From the IMG/VR virus record IMGVR_UViG_3300043409_001877, positions 64,001 to 128,000 of that record: DNA of 64,000 nt; one strand, given 5' to 3'. A program made the position numbers and the translations under genes. The DNA is from a virus. The notes below the pieces were generated by a model. It worked only from the letters and a program-made list of their open reading frames with translations, ran no database searches and had not been told where the DNA came from. Below, one piece after another: positions 28,262 through 37,759 of the stretch; the first letter of the stretch is position 1, and the number at the start of each line of letters is the position of its first letter.

Positions 28262-29929
28262 ATGTCAATTACAGGTTCAACATTAGATTTAAGTAAACAA
28301 GCGGAATTAACAACATTAACAGACGGTCAGTTAGATGATATTGCTGATGGTAGTGCTATTATATACAGAAAAGAAAGCGAAAATGCTGATAATTTAATAT
28401 TTGGTTTACTTGAATCATACCCAGCCCTTGGTTTTGCTAGTAAAAACGGTACTATTACGGATTTACCATACCCTGGCACAGAAATTAAAGGCTTAATAGT
28501 TCCACCAATACCAAACACTTTTCCTGGTGATGACAAAGCCTATGCATTAGGTCTTGTGGAGGTTTTTGGTGAATTTAAATTAAAATGGGTTCTGGTTGAT
28601 ACTGATGGTAATTTTAATAGAGTTCCACCTTCATATTATTATACAACACGCAGTGCGGCTGTATGTTATAATTATGTTGCCACTTTAAACGATTTATTTC
28701 TTAATGGATCATTACTAGTACAAATTTACGGATGGGATGTTAACACACCCAAAAAGTATAGTATAGATGGTGGTAGTACATTTAGTGGTATTGTCACAGA
28801 ACAGTACGATGGTGGTAATTTATCTTATTTTACCATATCAAATTTAGGAACAACAAACCCAACAGGTCAAACAATTGATTTAGTTATTACCGATTCTGAT
28901 GATAATATATTATACCCAAACGAGTATTCGGCAACAGGAACAACTATTATCGCCTCACCCGTATATGAAGTTTTAAGTTCATTTGAAGGTTTAGATAATA
29001 ATGGTTCATTTGATGTTAATTTAATTAAACTCCAAGATAATTCATTAACAAGCGATGGTGTAATGGAAGTAGTAGTTACCGATATTCAGATTGGATGTCA
29101 ATATTATTATGAAATTTGGGATTACAACACTTCTACGCTTTTGTTTTATCGAGATTATTCAACCTCAAAAACCTATCAATTTGGTGTCTATACTGGGTCT
29201 ACAGAATTATTTGCCATTGTTTCTAAAAAAACACCAGGTATAATTACCATAGAAGGTATTGATAGTAATGGTGATACGTTTAAAGATATTGAACACTACT
29301 CATTACTGTATTCAAAAGGAGATCCAAATCCAGCTAATTTTGTTAATGTAACACCTGAAATGGGTTACACCGATATAAATTACACGCCAAGTGAAGCCAA
29401 TGGTGTACAAGAATTGTACATGCAAAGATATGGATATGATTGTATTTATAAAAAAGTAACAAACTTTACACAAGTTGATAATTCAGTTACAACAACTCAG
29501 ATGTTAATGTTAGATTATACTGGTGATTCCATCAATAGCTTTATATTTGATTCTCCAGTTATTGGAAATATAACTGTTAACACACCATTAAACCCAAATA
29601 CTTATTTTAACCCAGTTCAGATAAAAGCGGCTGCTTTTGGCGGTGGGTCTTCTATAATACTTTCGTACACTTTCTTAGGTTCCCCATCAACAGGTGATAC
29701 TAATGAAATATTATTTTATGATGCGGTTAGTGGTCAACCAATATTAACCGCTGGAGTCCAAACAGCAACTACAACACCTGGAGGTTATGTTACAATTGAT
29801 CTTAAATACCTAACTTATTGGACTAATAACTCAGGGCAGTCAATTATGATTAGATTCAAGTATACAAATGTTACCACATCTGGTGGTAGAACTTATTATT
29901 CCGATTTAATACACATAAAAAATGATTAA
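28262..29929 (+). CDS. Putative fibre/appendage structural protein
   Basis: Thr/Ser/Tyr/Gly-rich beta-type composition, YSIDGGSTF motif, in the neck operon. Confidence 0.6.
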   Translation: MSITGSTLDLSKQAELTTLTDGQLDDIADGSAIIYRKESENADNLIFGLLESYPALGFASKNGTITDLPYPGTEIKGLIVPPIPNTFPGDDKAYALGLVEVFGEFKLKWVLVDTDGNFNRVPPSYYYTTRSAAVCYNYVATLNDLFLNGSLLVQIYGWDVNTPKKYSIDGGSTFSGIVTEQYDGGNLSYFTISNLGTTNPTGQTIDLVITDSDDNILYPNEYSATGTTIIASPVYEVLSSFEGLDNNGSFDVNLIKLQDNSLTSDGVMEVVVTDIQIGCQYYYEIWDYNTSTLLFYRDYSTSKTYQFGVYTGSTELFAIVSKKTPGIITIEGIDSNGDTFKDIEHYSLLYSKGDPNPANFVNVTPEMGYTDINYTPSEANGVQELYMQRYGYDCIYKKVTNFTQVDNSVTTTQMLMLDYTGDSINSFIFDSPVIGNITVNTPLNPNTYFNPVQIKAAAFGGGSSIILSYTFLGSPSTGDTNEILFYDAVSGQPILTAGVQTATTTPGGYVTIDLKYLTYWTNNSGQSIMIRFKYTNVTTSGGRTYYSDLIHIKND

Positions 29930-31508
29930 GACCGAACTAGAATATGGCACATATTATGATTTTATCGTAACAAAAGACGATAGAGTATCAACTAGAGATT
30001 ATAATTCTTTAAAGTTATTTTATATTGATGTAACTGAAGATCTTTGTACTACAATTGGTCTTAAACAAAGTGAAGATGTTATATTAAAAAACATATCATT
30101 AAATGGTTATGATAATTATTTCATACATTTTGGTAATGGTACAATCGATCCAGAAATTGAATATGTTGTATCAAAAGACGATACGTTTTGTTTACATGAA
30201 GTATCTGGCTATACTAAAAATTTAAATTACGATATTATACCAAAACTAGGGTATAATCAACTTTCTGGTGGTTTTTATCAAGGGTTTTTTAAATTACATG
30301 AATACCCAGTTGAGTTTATGCCAAATAGAATGAGAAAAGGGTGGACAACAAATATGATGTTACATTTACCAACTCTAGGTTATGGCGTTAACGCTACTAG
30401 TGGTACAACATTAAATGATGTGTTTAATAATCCAGGCTTTATTTATTATTTGGGTACTAGGGCTGAAAACAAATATTCAGATTTAACACCTATTGAGGTT
30501 AATATATTAAAAAATGATTACTTATTTACGTTTGTTGATATTGATAATCAGTACACTAGAATTGGCACGTACCAATTAGATGGTATACCATATGAAGGTT
30601 ATTTTTACATTAAAGATGGTATACCTCACGCTGGTAGAAATGAATTAGATTTAACCATAACAGGTGATACTCAATTAACTTATTTCAATAAGTATAAAGA
30701 TGTTATCGATAATTCTTTTGGTGTTAGGATAACCCCAGATGGTAGAATTGGTTATAGAAAAATATACGCTACAGACCCTTGTTATACTGGCGCAACACAA
30801 GAAGTTAGCGGTATTACTACCAATTCATTTGTTGATTTTACTCAGGACTGCGATAACTTTACCATGGGTAAAATTATAACAAAATATTTTACAATTGAAG
30901 ATTCATATACTAAATGTTCGGTAATTTCAGACCAAGAACAAATATTAGTAAACGAAGGTAGTGACGTACCAGATGATTCAACTTACATATTATTTCAAGA
31001 TGGGAATATTTGGTCAGCTCAAGATGATAGTTTAATAATTTACTCTAGCAAACCAAAGGACAAGTATGTTTATGTTACAGTAACATTTGAAAGGGATTTT
31101 AGTTATGATACAAAGTGTGATTTAACTTATGGTGATTATAAAAACGGAACATTAACAATTAGTTTAAATGGTTTTACGGTTTATAGGAATCGTAATTTTA
31201 AAGAGGTAATACCGCATGAATTAGATACCGAAGCAAAATACCAAGAAGGTGTACCATTTAATATATCATTTGGTGGTGGCTCCCAAGGTTTATACGAGGC
31301 AATTTATTTAGACCCGAATAAAACAGTAGATGGTATTATTGATAAATTCTTCGCTGGTACATTTAATGGTGGTGTTAAATTTATTGAAATGTATTCTGTA
31401 CCTTTGTATATTACAGAAGTTAGAGATATTATACAAAATAACTTACAAAATTACAATTTGTACCGACCAAAAGGTGGTAGAAGAGTATTTATAAAAAACC
31501 AAATATAA
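29922..31508 (+). CDS. Structural protein with a possible LamG/ConA-like domain
   Basis: YVYVTVTF...LTISLNG...ISFGGG...F.GGVKFIEMYSVPL...EV resembles a LamG C-terminus. Confidence 0.55.
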   Translation: MIKTELEYGTYYDFIVTKDDRVSTRDYNSLKLFYIDVTEDLCTTIGLKQSEDVILKNISLNGYDNYFIHFGNGTIDPEIEYVVSKDDTFCLHEVSGYTKNLNYDIIPKLGYNQLSGGFYQGFFKLHEYPVEFMPNRMRKGWTTNMMLHLPTLGYGVNATSGTTLNDVFNNPGFIYYLGTRAENKYSDLTPIEVNILKNDYLFTFVDIDNQYTRIGTYQLDGIPYEGYFYIKDGIPHAGRNELDLTITGDTQLTYFNKYKDVIDNSFGVRITPDGRIGYRKIYATDPCYTGATQEVSGITTNSFVDFTQDCDNFTMGKIITKYFTIEDSYTKCSVISDQEQILVNEGSDVPDDSTYILFQDGNIWSAQDDSLIIYSSKPKDKYVYVTVTFERDFSYDTKCDLTYGDYKNGTLTISLNGFTVYRNRNFKEVIPHELDTEAKYQEGVPFNISFGGGSQGLYEAIYLDPNKTVDGIIDKFFAGTFNGGVKFIEMYSVPLYITEVRDIIQNNLQNYNLYRPKGGRRVFIKNQI

Positions 31509-31912
31509 TGATTTTTACAATTAGACAAAATTCAAAATTACCATCATTACGAATGAAATTATATCGTGATGGTAGAAATGATTATAATCGTTTCGAGGAT
31601 TTATTAGAAAACTCAGTTATAACCTTTGCGATGAAAGATGAAAAAACTGGCATTTATAAGGTTGCTAATAAAGAAGCTAAAATTATTTTAAAAGATCCTT
31701 GTGATATTAATAGTAAAAAAGAGTATTATATTGTATATGATTTTACAATTGACGATACCAATAAACCTGGTATATATTTAGGTCAATTCAAGGTAACTTT
31801 TTTAAATGATTGTATGCAAACAAACGGAGATTTAATAGTCCCTATTTCTGAGGAATTGTACATCCATGTTATTGATAGTTTTATCAAAAGCGACATAAAA
31901 TACATCAATTAA
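31508..31912 (+). CDS. BppU-N-like structural protein
   Basis: F.IRQN..LP.L...YDF...DT..PG.Y.GQFKV.F...L..P pattern. Confidence 0.55.
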   Translation: MIFTIRQNSKLPSLRMKLYRDGRNDYNRFEDLLENSVITFAMKDEKTGIYKVANKEAKIILKDPCDINSKKEYYIVYDFTIDDTNKPGIYLGQFKVTFLNDCMQTNGDLIVPISEELYIHVIDSFIKSDIKYIN

Positions 31913-31954
31913 AAAAATCACAAACCAGTAAATTTATTTTTATTGTTAATAAAT

Positions 31955-31986
31955 TTTGTTTTTATCTTGTTTTTTTACTATCTTTG
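31955..31986 (+). promoter_or_regulatory. Bacteroidota-type promoter TTTG-N20-TATCTTTG
   Basis: Exact match to the -33 TTTG / -7 TAnnTTTG consensus, upstream of the DNA polymerase gene. Confidence 0.75.
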
Positions 31987-32008
31987 TCCTAAAGTATACT
32001 AAAATAAT

Positions 32009-35000
32009 ATGAGTGAATATAAAATCCCTATTGAAGAAGTTGAGAAGTTTTTATTAGGTCATGATGATGAAAAGTATATCGTAAATATAGAATACGATAA
32101 CAAGACCAACTTAATTTATAAATTTAAACAGTTACCTGATGGTACAAAAACCACAGAAAAGGAACCACTTAAGGCGTTTCTATGGATGAAGAATTTAAAC
32201 ACTCTTAAAGAAAGGTTTAATTTCTATGACAACAATACCTTAAAAATTAAGTTAGCTAGAGAACAATATGGTATTGAAATCAAATCATTGGATCATGGTG
32301 ACCATGAAAGATTGGTAGATGGTTACAAATATTTACTAACTTGCGACCAGGGATATGATAGAATGTTAGAATTCTTTAGAAAGGGTGGTTTTTACAGGGG
32401 GATATACGATAAAACAAACGATATTAATACAAATTTTATAATTTTACCACCCGTTGAACAGTACTTGGTATCAACTGGTAAGAGATTATATAAAGGTTAC
32501 GAAGATTATAACGATATTGAAAAGTTTGTATTTGACTTAGAGACAACTGGTTTAGACCCTGAAACATCAAGGATATTCTTAATTGGTTGTAAGACAAATA
32601 AAGATTTTGAGGTATTATTTGACTGCGAAACTGAGGGTGAAAATGCTGATGCCACTGAAGTTGCAGCTATTGCTAAATTCTTCGCTGCAATAGATTATAT
32701 AAAACCCGCTATCATTGGTGGTTATAACAGCGCTAACTTTGACTGGAATTTTATTTTTAAACGTTGTGAAAAGTTAGGTGTGGATATTGAATCTCTGGCT
32801 AAAACATTAAAAGAAGATTCTAAAATTACAAACAAAGACCAGATAATTAAATTAGGTGGGGATGTTGAAAAGTTCACTCAAACAAATATGTTTGGTTACT
32901 CTGTTATTGATATTATACATGCAACACGTAAAGCCCAAGCCATTGATTCTAGTATGAAATCAGCGGCTTTAAAATATGTTTGTAAATATAATAAAATTGC
33001 AAAAAAGAATCGTGTTTATATTAAAGGAGATAAGATTGGTTCATATTGGAAAACCAATAAAGATTATTATTTTAATAATATAACTGGGTTATATTGCGAA
33101 AAAAAACCAAGTATTATTACTATGGATGTTATTACTAGGGATTATGTTAAAAACAATCCCGATATGGTCTTTATTTTTGGTGATAATGATGAAAGAGAGG
33201 GTATGGGTGGTCAAGCTAATGAAATGCGTGGTGAGCGCAATTCTATTGGAATACCAACCAAGAAAAAACCAAGTACAACAGATGATTCGTATTATACTGA
33301 TTCCGAATTTGAATTAAATAAAAAGAAAATTAATTATTCAGTTAATTTAATTTTAACTCAAATTAATAATGGTAAAACAATTGTATTACCAAGTAATGGT
33401 ATTGGCACTGGGTTAGCACAATTAAAAGAAAAGGCACCCAAAACATTTTCTTTCTTAGAGGCTACCATAAAAGCTATGTATGATTATGTTAATAAATTTG
33501 AAGTTGTTAATGGTGAGTACATTGTTAAACGGTATTTAATGGATGATTTATGGGAAACCGCTGAAATTGATAATGTATACAACCAATCATCTTTCATGTT
33601 AGCCAAGATGATTCCAACAACATACCAAAGGGTATCAACTATGGGTACGGCTGGTTTATGGAAAATGATTATGATTACATGGTCATATGAAAATAATTTA
33701 GCACTACCAACGCAAGACGATAAACGTGACTTTGTTGGTGGTTTATCTAGATTATTAAAAGTTGGGTTTTCAAAGAATCTAAGGAAGATGGACTTTAATT
33801 CACTATACCCAGCTATTCAATTAGCTCATGATATATTCCCAAGTGTTGATATTACTGGTGTAATGAAGTCATTATTAAAATACTTTCACTCCGAACGTTT
33901 TAAAGCTAAAGATTTAGCTAAACAATATAAAAAACAAGGTAATCATCAACTTGAATCACTATATAAACGTAAACAATTACCTTTAAAGATATTCATTAAC
34001 TCAATGTTTGGTGCATTGGGTGCCCCAAATGCTTTCCCTTGGGCTGAAATAAACATTAGTGAACAGATTACATGTACCGCAAGACAATATCTTAGGTTGA
34101 TGGTTAAATTCTTTATTAAGAAAGGGTATCAACCAACTGTATTAGATACGGATGGGGTTAACTTTATGGCACCTGATAACGGTGAGAGTGAATTTGTTTA
34201 CATAGGTAAGGGTAATAATGATGAGGTTGAAGCTGGTAAAGAATATCGTGGTGTCTATGCGGTTGTAGCAGAATTCAACGATCTTTATATGAAAGGTGAA
34301 ATGGGATTGGGTTTAGATGGTATGTGGCCCGCAACTATTAATTTAGCCAGAAAAAATTATGCGTTATTGGAAGATGATGGTAGCATTAGTTTAACTGGTA
34401 ATACTATTAAATCTAAAAAAATGCCAGTTTACATTGAAGAATTTTTAGATAAAGGTTTGGTTCTTTTATTAAATGATAAAGGTTACGAGTTTGTTCAATA
34501 TTATTATAAGTACGTTGATTTAATTCATAACAAAAAAATACCATTGGCTAAAATAGCCACAAAGGCTAGGGTTAAAAAAACAATATCTCAATATACTAAT
34601 AGAGGTATGAATAAGAACAACAAACCATTACCAAAACAAGCCCATATGGAATTGGCTATTAAACACAACTTACAAGTCAATCTAGGTGATACATTGTATT
34701 ATGTTAATGTTGGCACTAAAAAGTCTCATGGTGACGTTAAAGAAGATAAAAACGGTAAGATATATGGTGAATTAATTGAAGCTTCTATTATTGAATCAGC
34801 ACCAGATACATTAGGGGAGTACAATATTGAAAAATATTTATCAATGTTTAACTCAAGGATTAAAGGTTTACTGGTTCTTTTTGACCTTGAGGTTAGAAAT
34901 AAAATATTAATAAACAAACCCGAAGATAAAAAAAGTTGGATGATGTCAGAACTAGAATTAGTTAATAATCAACCAAGTAAAGAGGGTGATCAAGATACTT

Positions 35001-35131
35001 TAGATGAATTATTTACACCATCTGACATGGAAATTGAATTTTGGGATAAATTAGAGTACCAACCAGATTTTTGGTTCCAAGAAAACATACTATTTACATT
35101 ACCTGGATTAGGAAAAGAAGAGTTAGTTTAA
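32009..35131 (+). CDS. polB: Family B DNA polymerase with an inserted macrodomain-like module
   Basis: ExoI FDLETTG, ExoII GYNSANFD, ExoIII YLMDD; polymerase motifs DFNSLYP, K...NSMFG, DTDG. Confidence 0.93.
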   Translation: MSEYKIPIEEVEKFLLGHDDEKYIVNIEYDNKTNLIYKFKQLPDGTKTTEKEPLKAFLWMKNLNTLKERFNFYDNNTLKIKLAREQYGIEIKSLDHGDHERLVDGYKYLLTCDQGYDRMLEFFRKGGFYRGIYDKTNDINTNFIILPPVEQYLVSTGKRLYKGYEDYNDIEKFVFDLETTGLDPETSRIFLIGCKTNKDFEVLFDCETEGENADATEVAAIAKFFAAIDYIKPAIIGGYNSANFDWNFIFKRCEKLGVDIESLAKTLKEDSKITNKDQIIKLGGDVEKFTQTNMFGYSVIDIIHATRKAQAIDSSMKSAALKYVCKYNKIAKKNRVYIKGDKIGSYWKTNKDYYFNNITGLYCEKKPSIITMDVITRDYVKNNPDMVFIFGDNDEREGMGGQANEMRGERNSIGIPTKKKPSTTDDSYYTDSEFELNKKKINYSVNLILTQINNGKTIVLPSNGIGTGLAQLKEKAPKTFSFLEATIKAMYDYVNKFEVVNGEYIVKRYLMDDLWETAEIDNVYNQSSFMLAKMIPTTYQRVSTMGTAGLWKMIMITWSYENNLALPTQDDKRDFVGGLSRLLKVGFSKNLRKMDFNSLYPAIQLAHDIFPSVDITGVMKSLLKYFHSERFKAKDLAKQYKKQGNHQLESLYKRKQLPLKIFINSMFGALGAPNAFPWAEINISEQITCTARQYLRLMVKFFIKKGYQPTVLDTDGVNFMAPDNGESEFVYIGKGNNDEVEAGKEYRGVYAVVAEFNDLYMKGEMGLGLDGMWPATINLARKNYALLEDDGSISLTGNTIKSKKMPVYIEEFLDKGLVLLLNDKGYEFVQYYYKYVDLIHNKKIPLAKIATKARVKKTISQYTNRGMNKNNKPLPKQAHMELAIKHNLQVNLGDTLYYVNVGTKKSHGDVKEDKNGKIYGELIEASIIESAPDTLGEYNIEKYLSMFNSRIKGLLVLFDLEVRNKILINKPEDKKSWMMSELELVNNQPSKEGDQDTLDELFTPSDMEIEFWDKLEYQPDFWFQENILFTLPGLGKEELV

Positions 35132-35175
35132 AACAAATAACATTTGCTAGATATTTATAGTAAATAAATTACAAC

Positions 35176-35706
35176 ATGGATAAGGATATTAATGAATTTG
35201 TAAGCGCTGATGGTGGTCTAATTAGTAGTAAAGTACCAAATGTTGACCCAAAAACAACAGCTGCTACAACTACCGATAAGAGTATGCGAATGAGGGCTCA
35301 ACCCTTTATGTACACAGTTTATAGACGTTTTTTTAGTGAAGGTGAATTACCTCACACCAAAAAAGCTGATGAAATGAAGAATGACCCAAAAGGGTTCCAT
35401 GATTATTTGAAATCAATTAAAGAAGGTGATGCGTTTGAGAGTTATTTCCAAAAAGATGATTCACCTGAGGCTAAATTAAAAGAAATTAGTAGATCTAAGG
35501 CTTATGATATGATGGAAACATTATTATCTAACAGAACTAACACTATTGATGTTATAAGAAAAACCCCAGTAACTATTGATGAGATTAAAAATAAAGAAAT
35601 TTTATTGGTTGATAAATTAACTAAAATAGCTGAAACCATCAAAGAATTAATGTCTGAAGATGAAAAGAAAGTTATTTTATCATACTTTGGTGAAAAAATA
35701 AGATAA
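35176..35706 (+). CDS. Hypothetical protein (possible head/internal protein)
   Basis: ORF preceded by GATATTTAT at 35150-58. Confidence 0.65.
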   Translation: MDKDINEFVSADGGLISSKVPNVDPKTTAATTTDKSMRMRAQPFMYTVYRRFFSEGELPHTKKADEMKNDPKGFHDYLKSIKEGDAFESYFQKDDSPEAKLKEISRSKAYDMMETLLSNRTNTIDVIRKTPVTIDEIKNKEILLVDKLTKIAETIKELMSEDEKKVILSYFGEKIR

Positions 35707-36173
35707 TGTCAAACTCTAAATTAATAGGTAAACAATTCCCCGTACCAGATAAGGTATTAAAGGAACTTGGTATAAATCTAAAGAAATTTTCTGATAAAAG
35801 AAATTCTAAAGGTTTTAACCGAGCTATCTTTATTTTAGAAAGACGTGCATGTACTTATGAACAATTAAAAAGAATTAAAAATTATTTTGATTGTGTTAAT
35901 GATGAAAATTACAATGATATTGAATATTTATTAAATGGTGGTGAAGTTATGAAAAAATGGGTTGATTTTACGTTAGACCAAGCTAGAAAAAGTGTTCACG
36001 GAACTAAAAGTGCTAGAAAAAACGCTGGAATGGAAAATCAATTTAGATCTGACTCTGAAGAAACTGTAAATGCGGTTACACCAGAATTAAAAAGTACTCC
36101 ATCATTTATGTCAACATCAGACTTAATGGAAGAATTAAATATAATAAAAGAAATAACAAAAAAATTAAACTAA
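35706..36173 (+). CDS. Hypothetical protein
   Basis: Translationally coupled ORF; TYEQLKRIKNYF...LNGG...W motif. Confidence 0.65.
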   Translation: MSNSKLIGKQFPVPDKVLKELGINLKKFSDKRNSKGFNRAIFILERRACTYEQLKRIKNYFDCVNDENYNDIEYLLNGGEVMKKWVDFTLDQARKSVHGTKSARKNAGMENQFRSDSEETVNAVTPELKSTPSFMSTSDLMEELNIIKEITKKLN

Positions 36174-36174
36174 A

Positions 36175-36441
36175 ATGGCAGACGCAGTTAGAATCCCAGC
36201 ATCAGAACAACTAAGAACAGTTGCAGTTGCGGAAAGAGAAGGTAAACTAATACCTATTAACGAATATAAACCAACATCTTTTGAATATGGGGCTTCAAAT
36301 CCAAACGCATTAAGTGATGGTGATGAAAAAGGTAAAGGTGAATTAGCTACTATTGGTAGTAGAACCGATATTATAACAAGAAACAGTTTATTTGGTGTGA
36401 ATCAGTATACTCAAACAGCACAATATACAACACCAGAATAA
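36175..36441 (+). CDS. Hypothetical small structural protein
   Basis: Coupled ORF; NPNALSDGDEKGKG motif. Confidence 0.65.
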   Translation: MADAVRIPASEQLRTVAVAEREGKLIPINEYKPTSFEYGASNPNALSDGDEKGKGELATIGSRTDIITRNSLFGVNQYTQTAQYTTPE

Positions 36442-36459
36442 CTTTACATTCATTTTTAT

Positions 36460-37017
36460 ATGACTATTATTGAAAATGCAGGTGATGATAAACTGGAAAT
36501 GCTAAGATATGCAATCAAAAACAAATATGCGATTACATTCTGGTATAAAGGTGTTAAAGTCAGCGATCCAAATAACAAAAAATACACGAAACAAAATTTT
36601 AGACGTGTAGAACCTTTTGCGTTAGGTAAAAGTGCCGCAACTGATAAATGGATGCTAAGAGCTTACCAATTTCAAGGTGTTACCAACACCAAGAACGATG
36701 CTTGGAAAACTTTTCTTGTAGATGAAATAAAAGACGGTAGTGTTCAAATAGTTTATGATAACACTGGGACTCAATTAAAAACAATTGATAGTCCAAGATC
36801 AAACTATAGAACGGATGGTTCAGATAAAAAAATGGCTGTAGGTAGTATTAAAGATTTTTTAAAGACCAGCGAACCAGCTGGTAATAAAGATCCTAAATAC
36901 GCTAACATAAAGTATAAGGGTGATAAACCTGAAATTGAAAATAAACCAGAAGAAGAGATTCAGTTAACTGAATCTTCTGGGTTTTTAAAATGGGTATTAA
37001 AATTAAATAATGGATAA
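36460..37017 (+). CDS. Stand-alone WYL-domain protein
   Basis: AIKNKYAITFWY...RRVEPFALG...WMLRAYQ...WKTFLVDEI matches the WYL layout. Confidence 0.7.
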   Translation: MTIIENAGDDKLEMLRYAIKNKYAITFWYKGVKVSDPNNKKYTKQNFRRVEPFALGKSAATDKWMLRAYQFQGVTNTKNDAWKTFLVDEIKDGSVQIVYDNTGTQLKTIDSPRSNYRTDGSDKKMAVGSIKDFLKTSEPAGNKDPKYANIKYKGDKPEIENKPEEEIQLTESSGFLKWVLKLNNG

Positions 37018-37573
37018 TAAAGATAAAGCTAGTATAATAGCGCAAGGTATTGCAAATGCTAGAAAAGTAATGGAAAAAGTTGAGGGTGGTTTAGTTAAAT
37101 CGTCTAATAACACAGTTAGAGGTTTAAGTGAATCAGATGTTGATCGTATGTTAGACAATGACGCTGTAAATTATATGACAGAAAGAAAAGTCCAACAACC
37201 AACTGCGGCTTCAAACATGAGAAATTTACATAAATCAAAAATGCCTGCGGATATCTTGAAATCGTTTCAAGAAAACCCAATCATTGATCCAACAGCCCCA
37301 GTGGGTATGGAGAGTATAATGCAAGAAATAACAAAAAAAGCAGCTCCTATGGAAGAAGTTGTTAAAAAAGTTATAACAGAAACCCAACAAGCACCTCAAT
37401 TAGATGCTAAATTAATTGAATTTATAATTAAAAAAACAGTAGAGGAAACCTTGGAACAAGTTAGTAAAAGAACAGCTATCGATGAAACGATTCAAATAAA
37501 AATTGGTGATAAAACATTTGGTGGTAAATTAACTGTGTTAAAAGAAAATAAAATAAACGAAAATAAAAAGTAA
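37010..37573 (+). CDS. Hypothetical protein
   Basis: Coupled ORF; SKMPADILKSFQENPI and IKIGDKTFGG motifs. Confidence 0.65.
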   Translation: MDNKDKASIIAQGIANARKVMEKVEGGLVKSSNNTVRGLSESDVDRMLDNDAVNYMTERKVQQPTAASNMRNLHKSKMPADILKSFQENPIIDPTAPVGMESIMQEITKKAAPMEEVVKKVITETQQAPQLDAKLIEFIIKKTVEETLEQVSKRTAIDETIQIKIGDKTFGGKLTVLKENKINENKK

Positions 37574-37577
37574 AATT

Positions 37578-37742
37578 ATGACAAAAGAAAAAGTATTAGG
37601 AATTGTAAGACACGTATTAACATTTGTTGGTGGTGTGTTAGTGGCAAAAGGTTTAGCTACAGACGTTATGTCTAATGAATTAATTGGTGCAGCCATGACA
37701 TTAGTTGGTGGCGTGTGGTCAATCATATCAAAAAATAAATAA
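37578..37742 (+). CDS. 54-aa two-TM membrane protein, holin-like (below ORF-track cutoff)
   Basis: MTKEKVLGIVRHVLTFVGGVLVAKGLATDVMSNELIGAAMTLVGGVWSIISKNK*: two hydrophobic helices, fills the gap between coupled genes. Confidence 0.75.
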   Translation: MTKEKVLGIVRHVLTFVGGVLVAKGLATDVMSNELIGAAMTLVGGVWSIISKNK

Positions 37743-37759
37743 TTAAAAAAATTAAACAA

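Noticed and set aside
33100-33490. Polymerase insertion as an intein or intron
   Set aside because: In frame, lacks intein terminal residues and LAGLIDADG/HNH motifs, and has no stop codons suggesting an intron.
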